From assembly GCA_036785375.1 (NCBI GenBank), contig JAWMAR010000203.1, forward strand, positions 3,534,001 to 3,598,000: a DNA stretch of 64,000 nt, given 5' to 3'. The stretch's first letter is position 1; every line of letters starts with the position of its first letter. This DNA is from Leucoraja ocellata (lineage: Eukaryota). Below are positions 38,101-50,100 of the stretch, piece after piece. A program made the position numbers and the translations under genes. Below the pieces are notes generated by a model. It was not told the origin of the DNA and did not search any database. It saw only the letters and a program-made list of their open reading frames with translations.

Positions 38101-41100
38101 ATGTCTCAAATAGTAATGAAAGTTGAAGAAAGATGTATAAAAATGATACTCGAGAAACTGCAGATGCTGGAACCTTGAGCTGGAGGAACTCAGCATCTGT
38201 GGAGGGAATGGACATGAGTCGTTTCGAGTCGGGACCCTTAGCTCACAATGCTGCCTGACCCACTGAGTTCCACCAGCACTTTGTGTTTTGTTCAAGATTC
38301 CAGCATCTGCGGTTCCTTATGTCTGCAAATTTCATATTGTTTAATTAATTTAATTTATTCTGCGTTCATCGACGCACAGATGTGATCTCGACATAAAGGG
38401 TTTAGGTAAATATATAAACTATAAACAAACGCAGCGGGTCAAGCAGCATCTGTGGAGGGGATGAACAGACGACGTTTCAGACTGACGAAGGTTCCCGATC
38501 CAAACATCGTCTGTCCTTTCCCTCCACAGATGCTGCCTGACCCGCTGAGTACCTCCAACACATTGTGTTTTGCTCAAGATTCCAGCATCTGCAGTTCCTT
38601 GTATCTCCATAAACTATACACAATACTTAATTATTACCACTTCAATTTCACTCCCGGTGCCCCACCGGTTATAGTGCTGCTGTTAAATCAACTTGGTTTC
38701 CTTACAAGGACAGTGGAATATGGTGGAACGGTGGGAAAATTGCTGGAGTAACTCAGCGGGTCAGGCAGCATCTCTGGAGAACATGGATAGATGATGTTTC
38801 TGGGTCAGGACCCTTCTTCAGACTGAATATTATATATGTATACGACTCGTATGAAGGCAGCGTTGTGATGTTGCTGGAGTTTCTAATGATACAAAGACAG
38901 ATAGAAACATTGATTGTGAATAGAATATATGAACAATAAAATAGATGTGAAGTCTAGCATAATGTGGGGGGGAAAAGGCAAAATTGTATATTTTGATGAG
39001 AAAACAAACACGTTTTGCTGTATCTCAGTCCATGTAACAATAAACTAAACTAAATTAAAACAAAAAAGTTATAAATATTGACACAGGTTTTGACCTGAAT
39101 CGTTGAATCTGATTTTCTCTTCACAAATGCCGCATGATCTTATGAGCTTTTAAAGTTTTTATTGAGGGTGGTGTGAGCTGGATCATGCTGCCAGGGGTGG
39201 TGGGGGAGGCAGATGTGATTTGTGGTGTTAGAGGTTAGAGGTTTTGATAGGCACATGGATTTGCAGGGAATGGAGGGATATGGATGATATGCAAACAGAG
39301 ATTAGTTTAACTTGGCATCATGTTCTTCATGGACATTGTGGGCTGAAGGACCTGTTCCTGTATTGGTATATGTTCTACTTTAGAGTAGTTTACTTGTTTT
39401 CATTGGTCTATCTGGTATAAACCAGCATCAGCATTTCTTTCCTACATTCTCTATCTATCTATCTGTCTGAAAAAGGGTTGCGACCCGAAACGTCACCTAC
39501 AGTATTTCTTTTCTTTAGAGATGCTGACTGAACCGCTGAGTTACTACAGCAATTTGTGTCTATCTTCCACTATTGCCACTTTTCCCCCAGGAATATCACC
39601 CTGGAAAAGATTCCCCTGCAACTACAAGAGATGCAACACCTGTCCCTATACCATCTCCCTCGACTCCGTCCCGGGATCCTGGTAGTCCTTTCAGGTTAGG
39701 CAGAGATTCACTTGCATCTCCTCCAACCTCACCTACTGTATCCGTTGTTCAAGATGTGGACTCTTATATATCGGCGAGACCAAATGTAGACTGGGCCATC
39801 ATTTCGCTGAACACCTTCTCTCAGTCCGCCTGGCCCTACCTGATCTCCCAGTTGCTAAACACATTTAATTCTCCTTCTCATTCCCGCCCTAACCTTTCTG
39901 TTCTAGGCCTCCTCCATTATCAAAGTGAGGTTAAATGAAAATTGGAGGAATGGCCCTATTTATTCTCGGTGACGGAAACATTTCAACTGGGTGAGACGTT
40001 TTGCACATGGGTTAAGCTTTTATACACTAACCCAACAGCTAGCATAATGACAAATCAAATGTTATCAACAAAATTATATTTATCTAAAGGTTTCAGACAA
40101 GGATGCCCGTTATCTCCATTATTATTCGCCCTTGCTATTGAACCACTAGCAGAAAGTGTTCGAGCACATCCAGTAATATATGGGTATAATACTAAAAATA
40201 CAGTTAATAAACTCTCTCTATATGCAGACGATGTATTACTATATATTACAAATCCAGAAACCAGCATTCCAAACTTGTTAAATCTTATAACTCAATTTGG
40301 TTTATTTTCGGGATATAGAATTAATTGGAATAAAAGTGAGATTATGCCAAGTTATACATATTGCAACAATCACCTTTCAGAATAGTAAAGGAAAAATGTA
40401 AATACCTAGGAATTTATGTGACCATGAATGATACTTCTTTATTTAAATCAAATTTCATGCCTTTACTTAATAAATTGCATAAGAATATTCAATATTGGAA
40501 AACACTTCTCATTTCAATGCTCGGTTCAATTAACGCTATAAATATAATTTTCCTTCCGCAATTGCTATACCTTTTTCAATCAATTCCTATATATCTCCCA
40601 AAATATTTCTTTTAAAAAGTTGACTCTATAGTGACAAATTTTATTTGGAATCATAAGAACCATAGAATAAGCAAAAAACACTTATGCAAATCCAAGGCCA
40701 AAGGAGGATTGGTTTTACCAAATGTTTTATTTTACTTTTGGGCAGTCAATGTAAAAAATATGAATTTTTGGTTGGAAGATATGGATCAACAACCAGACTG
40801 GTTAAAGATGGAAAAGGAAGACTGTTTGCCTTTTGAAATTGGTCTGATTCTGTTAGCTCCCACAAAATTGAATTAAAAAATCTATAGTGAAAACCCTATA
40901 ATATATAGTGGTATTCGAATTTGGAAATAACTAAAAAAGACATTAAAATTGGATAATTTATCACTTTCTCTCCCCATTGCAAATAATCCCTCATTTAAAC
41001 CCTCAGTGTTGGATAAAGGGTTTGTACAATGGAAAAATCATGGAATTAAAAAGATGGGACATCTTTATAGAAATTGTATTTTGCTCTTGTTTCAGGAGTT

Positions 41101-44100
41101 ACAACAGAATTACGGATTACATTCAAATAAATCTTTTAGATATTTACAACTTAAAGATTATGTTAAATCACATACACGAGAATACAGAACCAGAGAGCCA
41201 GAGATTCTAGATGAATGTTTGAATAAACACCCTAACACAGTCAAATTAATATCTCACATTTATAATACTTTTATAGACAGTGAGAATCTGTCGACGGAAT
41301 TATACAGACCAGCATGGGAAAAGGAATTAGCTCAACCTATACCGAAAGATATTTGGGACGAAAGCCTACAACATATACACCAATGTTCGTTAAATGCCAT
41401 ACATTCTTTAATACAATTTAAAGCACTACATAGACTGCATTATTCTAAAACAAATTTAAATAGAATGTTTCCTAATATCTCTCCTATCTGTGATAAATGT
41501 CAATCCCACGTGGCTAATTCAACCCATGCTTTTGTAATCTGTAGTAAAATTAAAAATTACTGGATGGATATTTTTAAAATAATCTCTGTAGTTGTCAATA
41601 CCCAAATCGATCCCGGTCCTAAATTAATAATATTGGGCATATCAGAACAATACCTAAACCTCAGAATAAACCAAAGAGATTTCCTTGATTACAGTATAAT
41701 AATTGGGAAAAAATTGATATTAAAATTTTGGAAAAACCCAACAACCCCCACAATCAAGATGTGGATTATGGAGATGTCAGAGACCTTACATTTGGAAAAA
41801 ATTAGATTTGTCTTAATTGACAAACCAGAATTATTCACTAGAATATGGTCTCCATTTATAGATTATTTGAAGGGGTAGATGCGGAGTGCTAGTGCGGAGG
41901 CCGGACTGAAGCGTGAACCCAGGACTAGATGAATAGTTATGTTCTCTGGCCCCAAGTTGTATTATTAATAGTTTATCCTATTTTTCTAATTTCCTTCTTT
42001 CTTTCTTTATTTTCCCATCTATAAATATAAATAAATAATTAGAGGCAATGTTAACATGTAACCGATAAAGGAGGATCCCAGCTACTTTGGTAACTGGCTC
42101 CCTGGAAACCTGGATATTTAATATGTAACCGTTAAACAAAGTCTGTACTGGTTTGGATTATGATATGCAGATGCCTCTAATAAAAATGTATTTAAAAAAA
42201 AAAGGAAATTGGAGGAACAACATCTCATATTTCGCTTGGGCAGCTTACAACCCAGGGGTATGAATATTGATTTCTCTAACTCCAAGTAACCCTTGAAGTT
42301 AGAGAAACCCTCTCTCTCTCCATCCCTCCCCATCCAAGTCACAACAGCTTTTTGTTCTCACCTAGCTACAGCTAACAATGACCTGTTTCCTTTATCATCA
42401 ATACTGTTTTGCATATCTTTCATTCAGTTGTTCTATATCTCTCGACATCATTGTCGATATCTTTTGTTTCCCTTCCCCTTGACTTTCAGTCTGAAGAAGT
42501 GTCTCGACCCAAAACATCACCCATTCCTTCTCTCCACAGATGCTCCCAGTCCCACTGAGTTACTGCAGCATTTTGTGTCTATCTTCGATTTGAACCAGCA
42601 TCTGCAGTTCCTTCCTATGAAATTCTGCTCATCTCTCTATCATCTATTTTTTCCCCTGTTCTCACGATCGGTCCTTGACCTGTTTCTTTAACTTTGTTTC
42701 TCTTTCCACATTTGCTGCCTGGTCTGCTGCATAGTTCCAGCATTTTCTTTCTTTTCTTTAACTTTTTTTTAAAAGCTTCTCATTGTAAATTGGTTACAAT
42801 GTAGTGCTTTATTATTATATGGCAGAATTACAAGTCACAGTTTATGCTCTGTGATTTGGGAGATCTTGGTTTCATAGTAAATGATTTACTGAAGCCAGTA
42901 GGCAGATATAGCAAATCAATGTGAAAGCTGTATAGTGGAAATGTCAAGGACTAGAGGACATAGCTTCAAGGTGAGAGAGGCAAAGTTTAAAGGAGATGTA
43001 CGGGACAAGTTGTTTTACACAGAGGGTGGTGAGTGCCTGGAACATGTTGCTAGTAGTGGTGGTGGAGGCTGATATGATAGTGGCATTTAAGAGGTGTTTA
43101 GAAAGGCATACGGATATGCAGGGAATGGAGGGATATGATTCACGTGCAGGCAGAGAAGATTGGTTTAACTTGGCTCCATGTTCGTCACAGACATTGCAGG
43201 CTGAAGGGCCTGTACTATGTTCTAAACTCTATGAGGTTGGCAGATTCTGTACACAACACATTCCAAGACAGACCATTACATAAAGGATTCACAGTTGATT
43301 TTGCATAATGATTTCTTCTTGTTGTTTGGTTTATAAGGGGCAAAGTTTAACGAAGATGTGCAGGGGGTGAGTTTTTGTACACAGGGTGGTGGGTTCCTGG
43401 AATGCACTGCCAGGGGTGGTAGTGGAGGCAGATATGATAGCGGTGTTTAAGAGGCTTTTAGGAAGCAGTTATGCAGCTGATTTTGCAAAGAACCCTAGTG
43501 GTTTGTGAAATGTTTCACTTCTCATAAACAGATCGGTAATTAACAATACTTATCGAGTCCACACCCAAGGTTAGAAGTTGTTCAGCCACAGACATACATT
43601 GATGTCTGTCTTGCGCTTGTTGTGCTTCCTGTGCGTGATGGTGGGAGATTGGTGGAAACAGGGCCGTGACGTGAACGCTCTTTCCTTGACCCCATTTACA
43701 ACACGTTATCTTGCGGTCATTTACAGTACAAGGAACCAATCTTTACCCCAGTAACAGTAAATTTAGTGAATAGTAAGAATGTTAATCTATGAATAGAATA
43801 ATGTAGGTTTTCTCCTATGAAAGGCCTGACTTATTTCTTTAAGGATAGATATTTGTAGAACTAGAATATTAAGCCAAATAACCAAACGGACGCAACGCCG
43901 AAAAGCCAAATAACCGAACATGATGTCGCCGGGGGGCAGGACTTGTCAGTGATTGGTCCAGACCCCCGTGTCCATTACATCACTGGCCGGTGGAGACGGG
44001 AGGGTGGGGGTCATTTTCCCACACCGGGGCTGGAGGGTCACTGGGCATTGTGAACCCGAGCACCAAGGTGTAAGGGGGCGAAGGAGCGCATCCCTCAGGG

Positions 44101-47100
44101 CAGCCCCCACCCTCCCCCCCAGGGTCGGCAGCACACACATACATGGGGCCGGGTGGAGCAGAGTTGGGGACAGTCTGGTCCCTCCGCCCACCCAGATTCA
44201 CTGACCGCAATGCACCACCACCAGACCCCGACACCCACACCGTGGTGATTCACCCTCCCCGAACCCTGGACCCGACCCACACACGGGGTAATTCACACCA
44301 CCGACACCCACACCGGGTGATTCACCCCCACCCCCACTCCCGGCCATGGGGACAGACGGCCTGGGGCGCTGGCAGTCAAAGTAAATCGCTTTTAAAACAT
44401 GGTGGGGGGGCCACAAATTCCGTGGCGGGCCAATGACAAGTGTGCATGACAATGAACAATTTTATCTCCTCCCACACCTCCCCTATTGACAACAATAAGC
44501 ACGTTTTAATTATTTATACACAGTAATACCGCCTGGTTGCCTGCGTAACGCACACACACCGGGTTGACTGCAATCATTGAAACAGGGCAGACCACGTGAA
44601 AGTTGCAATCTTCCAACCCATGCGTAACGCACAAAACACTAGATAATCTTATTTTTTCAGTTTATTTGCATTTCATGTGTTTTTTTGAACTTTGCGCATT
44701 TAACAGTGTCATTTTCACAGCGGTGTCGAGTGCATCGTACTTTTTCCCCCCGCAGATGATACATTACTCTCACAACACATAACTTACCTCTATTACCCCT
44801 GTACATAAAAACAAAATGACAATGCCCCTTCAAGGTCTACTAATCCACCCATAGCTTCAGTTGCAGGTACAGCTGAAGGGATTTGGCGCTCGGAACAATG
44901 ACTGCATTAGAAGATCATCTGAGCATCTTGAAATCAATCTCATGAGCACGAGTGAAAGATAGCCGAGCGATGCGGTATCGATCTGCCCACATCACACACA
45001 GTGGAAAAGAATGAAATGGAAATTGCAAATTATTCACCCTCATGAGATTGATTTCAAGATGCTCAGATGAACTTCTAATGCGCTCATTTATGTAGAGGGG
45101 TAATAGAGGTGAGGTATGTGATTCGAGAGTAATGTATCATCTGCGGGGGGGGGAAGAAAAGTACGATGTACTCAACACCGCTGTGAAAATGGCTGTTAAA
45201 TGCGCAAAGTTCATAAACACAAATGAACTGCAAATAAACTGAAAATAATCTGGTGTTTTGTGCGTGGGAGCTTGTTGTGTGCATTACGCAGGCAACCAGA
45301 TGGTATTACTGTGTTTAAACAATAAATAAAATGTGCTTCTTGTTGTCAAGGGAAAGGGGGAGGGGGGTAGTGGGAGGAGATAAAATTGGTCGGTGTGGGT
45401 GGGGTGGTGGGGGGTGAATCACCCTGGTCTGGGGGTCGAGGTCTGGTGGCGGGGCATCGTGGTCAGTGACTCTGGGTGGGCAGAGGGACCAGACTGTCCC
45501 CAACTCTGCTGCAGCTGACGGGCCGGGGATGTTGCCAAGTTTTTCTCCCCGTGTGTCCGCGGTCCCGTTTCACCCGGGCCCGTGTGTGCGTGCGCTGCCG
45601 ACCCACAGCCTGTCACAATGTGGCCGCACGGGGCAGACGAGACGGTGGGCGGCCGTGGCCGGACAGCACTGACCCGGGGGGGGGGGGGGGGGGGAGTTGG
45701 GTCTGTCTCGAGGGATGCGCTCCTTCGGCTGCTTACACTTTGGTGCTCGTGTTCCAAACGCCCAGTCACCCCCTTGCTCCGGGCGATCTTATGTGAGGAA
45801 AATGACCCCCACTCTCCCGTCTCCCCCAGCCAGTGATGTGATGGACGCGGGGGTCTGGACCAATCGCTGACAAGTCCCGCCCATTATTTTTCACTGTTGA
45901 GTCCGTTCAGTGAGTTGGCTTTTCAGCAATGCGCCCTTTCGGTTATTTGGTTTTTAGTGTCCCGCCGTTTTGGTTATTCGGCTTTTCGGCGTTGCGTCCG
46001 TTCGATTAGTTGGCTTTTCGGCGTTGCGTCCATTTGGTTATTTGGCTTTTCGGCATCGTTTCCGTTGGGTGGGAAAGTGTGATAACATAGAATTGGTTTG
46101 AGCAGGTGAGCGATGGCCAGTGTGGACTCGGTGGGCAGAAGCACCAGGTTCCATTCTGTTTCTTTAAACAAAATGAAACTAAACTAAATACATGTTTAAT
46201 GTTGTATGTAACAGTGCATTTATATTAACGTAACATGCATTAGTCATGATTATATTTGCTATTCATTGGAGCATTGTTTTGATTCACATTTCAATTGTGA
46301 TTTTCAAGGATCCTCCGAGTATTATTTCATTCTACTGAGTCTGATCCTAATAGTACCAATATGCGTCTGGATTGTGTATAATTACCACAGTAAATTGAAG
46401 AAAGGAAAAGGTAATGTATACATTGTACATCTTATTTTGTAATTTAACTAACAACTGAGCATATAAAAGTGAATATTGTATTTAGTTCCCGGTGAGAGTA
46501 AAATAATTTAAACAAAATGAAGGTGACACAGTGTTGCAGTTTGTAGAGCTGTTGCCTCACAGCGGGTTCAATCCTGACTGGGCGCTGACCATGTGGAGTT
46601 TGCACGTTCTCCCTGTGACCTCATGGGTTTTTTCAGAATGCTCCGGTTTCCTCTCATGTTTGGGTTTATAGGTTAATTGGCCTCTGTAAATTGCCCCTAG
46701 TGTGTAGGGAGTGGATGAGAAAGTGGGATAACATAAAACTAGCGTGATCGATGGGCGGCATAGACTCGGAGGGCTGAATGGCCTGTTTCTGTCCTGTACC
46801 TCTGAAGTACACTAAATCTTCATGATATTTTTATAGAATCATCTGTCCATGACGCAACTGTTGATATTCAAAGCATGAGAAAACAAAAAAACTCAGTAAA
46901 TGAGGTGAGTAATTTAGTTTGATATTTACCCTTATGTTGCATGCACGATGTTCTAATGTACACTGAGGTATTGTCAGCTTATATGAACAAATTCATCAGC
47001 ACTATTGGATGTAATGGACTAAGAACACAAGCCATTCTGCGGCACGTTGGCACAGTGGTAGAGTTGCTGCCTTGCAGCACCAGAGACCCAGGTTTGATCC

Positions 47101-50100
47101 TGACTACTGTTGCTGTCGGTACGGAGTTTGTATGTTTTCCCTGTGACCTTGTGGATATTCACCGGGTTCTGGCTGCTCATTCTCCAAAGGCGTACAGGTT
47201 AATTGGCTTCTGTAAAAATGATCGCTTGTGTGTAGGATAGTGCTAGCGCAGGTGTTATTTGCTGGTCGGCGCAGACTCGGTGGGCCGGAGGACCTGTTTC
47301 TCTAATACATCAGCAGTTCCTTGTGTCAGCAAACCCGAATGGTCACTTTGTACTTTTCCGATTGAGAGAATTTTTCAATGCATTTAACTTGGTTGCCGTT
47401 TGCTTCCATCGGCTGGAACTAAACTGCTAACAAAGTGAGTTCCATATTCCAAAGCACACTTCCTCTTCAAGGAGGCCTTGTGATCAACTGCATACCAGTC
47501 ATTGGACATTGCTGTGTAATGAGTTTTGTTGTTAATAACCAGTTGAAGATATTGCTGTGAATTTGCGTTGGATTTCATTCTTTTCAACTAAATCGCCTAT
47601 GCGTAAAACGACCTCAAGTGCCTGGTTTACTCAATATAGTGAATGCAGGGTCTTTTCCACGATAGGGAGGTCTGGCTGCGTTATTCAAGCACTTTGTCTT
47701 TTTTTATAAGCCACCATCTGCAGTTCCTTGCGTATTTATTAAAGTGCGGTTCTGTTACTTTTTTATTCTTCTACTCTGTGAAGACTTTAAGCTTGGAGTA
47801 TAATTCCAGGGTCTCATTGTCCTCAATGTTATCTCTCACTTCTTCAAGTGTATATCCTAGCGTTGATGAAATGATATATCTTGACCAAGTCTGATTAGAC
47901 TTTAGAGATACAGCGTGGAAACAGGACATTTGGCCCACCGAGTCCGCACCGACCAGCAATCACCTCTTACACTAACGATATCCTACACACTGGGGACATT
48001 TTACACATTTACCAAAGCCAATTAACCTACAAACCTGTATGTCTTTGGAGTGTGGGAGGAAACTGGAGCATCTGGAGATCCCACGCGATCAAGGGGAGAA
48101 CATATAAACTTTGTACAGACAGCACGTGTAGTCAGTCGGGATTAAAACCAGGTCTCTGCCGCTGTGAGGCAGCAACTCTACCGCTGTGCCAATGTGCCCC
48201 CTAATCATGCAGAGTTTTGCACATGACATTAGTTGCACTCCTCAGACTGACTTTCACCTCTGTATCATTTTATACACACAAAACCTGATAGCGCGCGACA
48301 AACAAAACAGCTGTTAATCTTGTCCTTTTAGAGTTGGTCAGATACAGGTCACAATGGCAGATTATAGCAGGCACAGATATTCCCTACACACTGGGGGCAA
48401 TTTACAGAAGACCACAAACCCGCACGTCTTTGTGACATGGGGGGAAATTAGAGCATGGATGAATTAATTAACTCTGCCCGATATCTTTCCCTGGACTCCC
48501 CGTACTGAATGTGCAGCAGCTGAAAGTGATGGGTTTTCTCCTTAAACAGCTCAGTGAGTGGTTGCATGAGTTTTTGCAGTTGGAGGTCACTTCAGTAAAA
48601 TATGAATTGCCAGCGCAAAGTTCTCTGATTCTAGCAATATTCCACCGTCATACCACACTGTCCCCTGCCAACAACAATCCCATCAATACCAACCTGCCTG
48701 AGATCATTTGTTGCCGGCCCTGATTTGTCCCAGTCTTTGCTTACTTCCAGTTCCTCCCCGCTACTACCCCTCTCCCCTCCCCCAGTCTGAAGAAGGGTCC
48801 CGACCCAAAACGTCACCTATTCACCACACAGACATGTGGCTCATTGACTTTCTCCAGCCAGGGTGTGTTTTTGATGATTACACAGAAAAGCTGGAGAAAC
48901 TCAGCGGGTGCAGCAGCATCTATGGAGCGATGGAAATAGGCAACGTTTTGGGCCGAAACCCTTCTTCAGACTGATCGGGGGTGGGGGTGGGTGGGGACAA
49001 GAAAGGGAAAAGGAGGAGTAGCCAGAAGGTGTTTTTGATGTTATTGGTTGACTTTTGGAGGCAGCGCCTCCTGCAGATCCCTTCGATGTTGGGGTGGTCT
49101 GTTCCTGCGATGGACTAGGCAGTGCCCACCTCTCTTTGTAACCTGCTTCATTCCTGGGAGATGTTGACAATGATATCAGTGAAACAGATATTGCCCACAA
49201 GTGTCACATGCCCATCGATCACATGGACACACACATCCACACTTTAGCTTTTGCCTATTTGGTGTTTACTAATCAAATTCGTTACTGATCTTCACATGAC
49301 TTTTCAACATAAATCAGGAACAGAGTATTTATACCTCATTAGGTTCAGCGAAAAATAAAATGACCATAAGATCATCAGACATAGTAGCAGAATTAGGTCA
49401 TTCAGCCCATCGAGTCTGCTCCGATATTCACTCATGGCTGATCTAATTTTCCCTCTCAACCAATTATCCTGCATTCTCCCCGTAATCTTTGACACCCGTA
49501 CTAATCAAGAATCTATCATTCTCCCCATTAAAGATACCCAATGTCTTGGCCCCCACCACTGTCTGTGCTAATGAATTCCACAGATTCACCACCATCTGGC
49601 AAAATAAATCCTCTCATCTCCATTCTATTGTTATCCTCAATTTTCTAAAGTTCTAAAACTCCCCCTCTTCGCCAATTCTAAAATGAACAATAAAATGTTT
49701 ATAACAATAAGGTGGAATGTATGCAGAGAAGGTTTACAATGATGTTGCCAGGACCTGAGGGCCTGAGCTGTAGGGAGAGGTTGGGTGGGCTAAGACACTA
49801 TTCCTGGAGCACAGGAGCATAAGTGGCGATATTATAGATGTGTATAAAATGATGATGGGAATAGATGAGTCTTTTACCCAGAGAAGGGAATCTATATATT
49901 ACTAAAAGTCTGATCTGGACCGCTTTTGGCTCGCTGTGCTGTGATTTCTGAGAGACCGCCATCACCTACGGCCCTCATTTTTGGCCACCTCGCTCAGAGC
50001 CCCCGTCCGCCTTCTGGGACCGGAGGATTTTTCCCATCGATGAAATATCAGACAGATATTAATGTTTTTAAATAATTTGCCATTCTCTCTCCTGCCTCTG

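Noticed and set aside
37039-46308. A second C1 exon (SIRP-like V-C1-C1)
   Set aside because: I found no further Ig-like frame in introns 2 or 3; the sequence is accounted for by repeats.
47384-47587. 67-aa minus-strand ORF in unique-looking DNA
   Set aside because: No recognisable motif or splice support. It would lie in the 3' flank of the candidate antisense gene.
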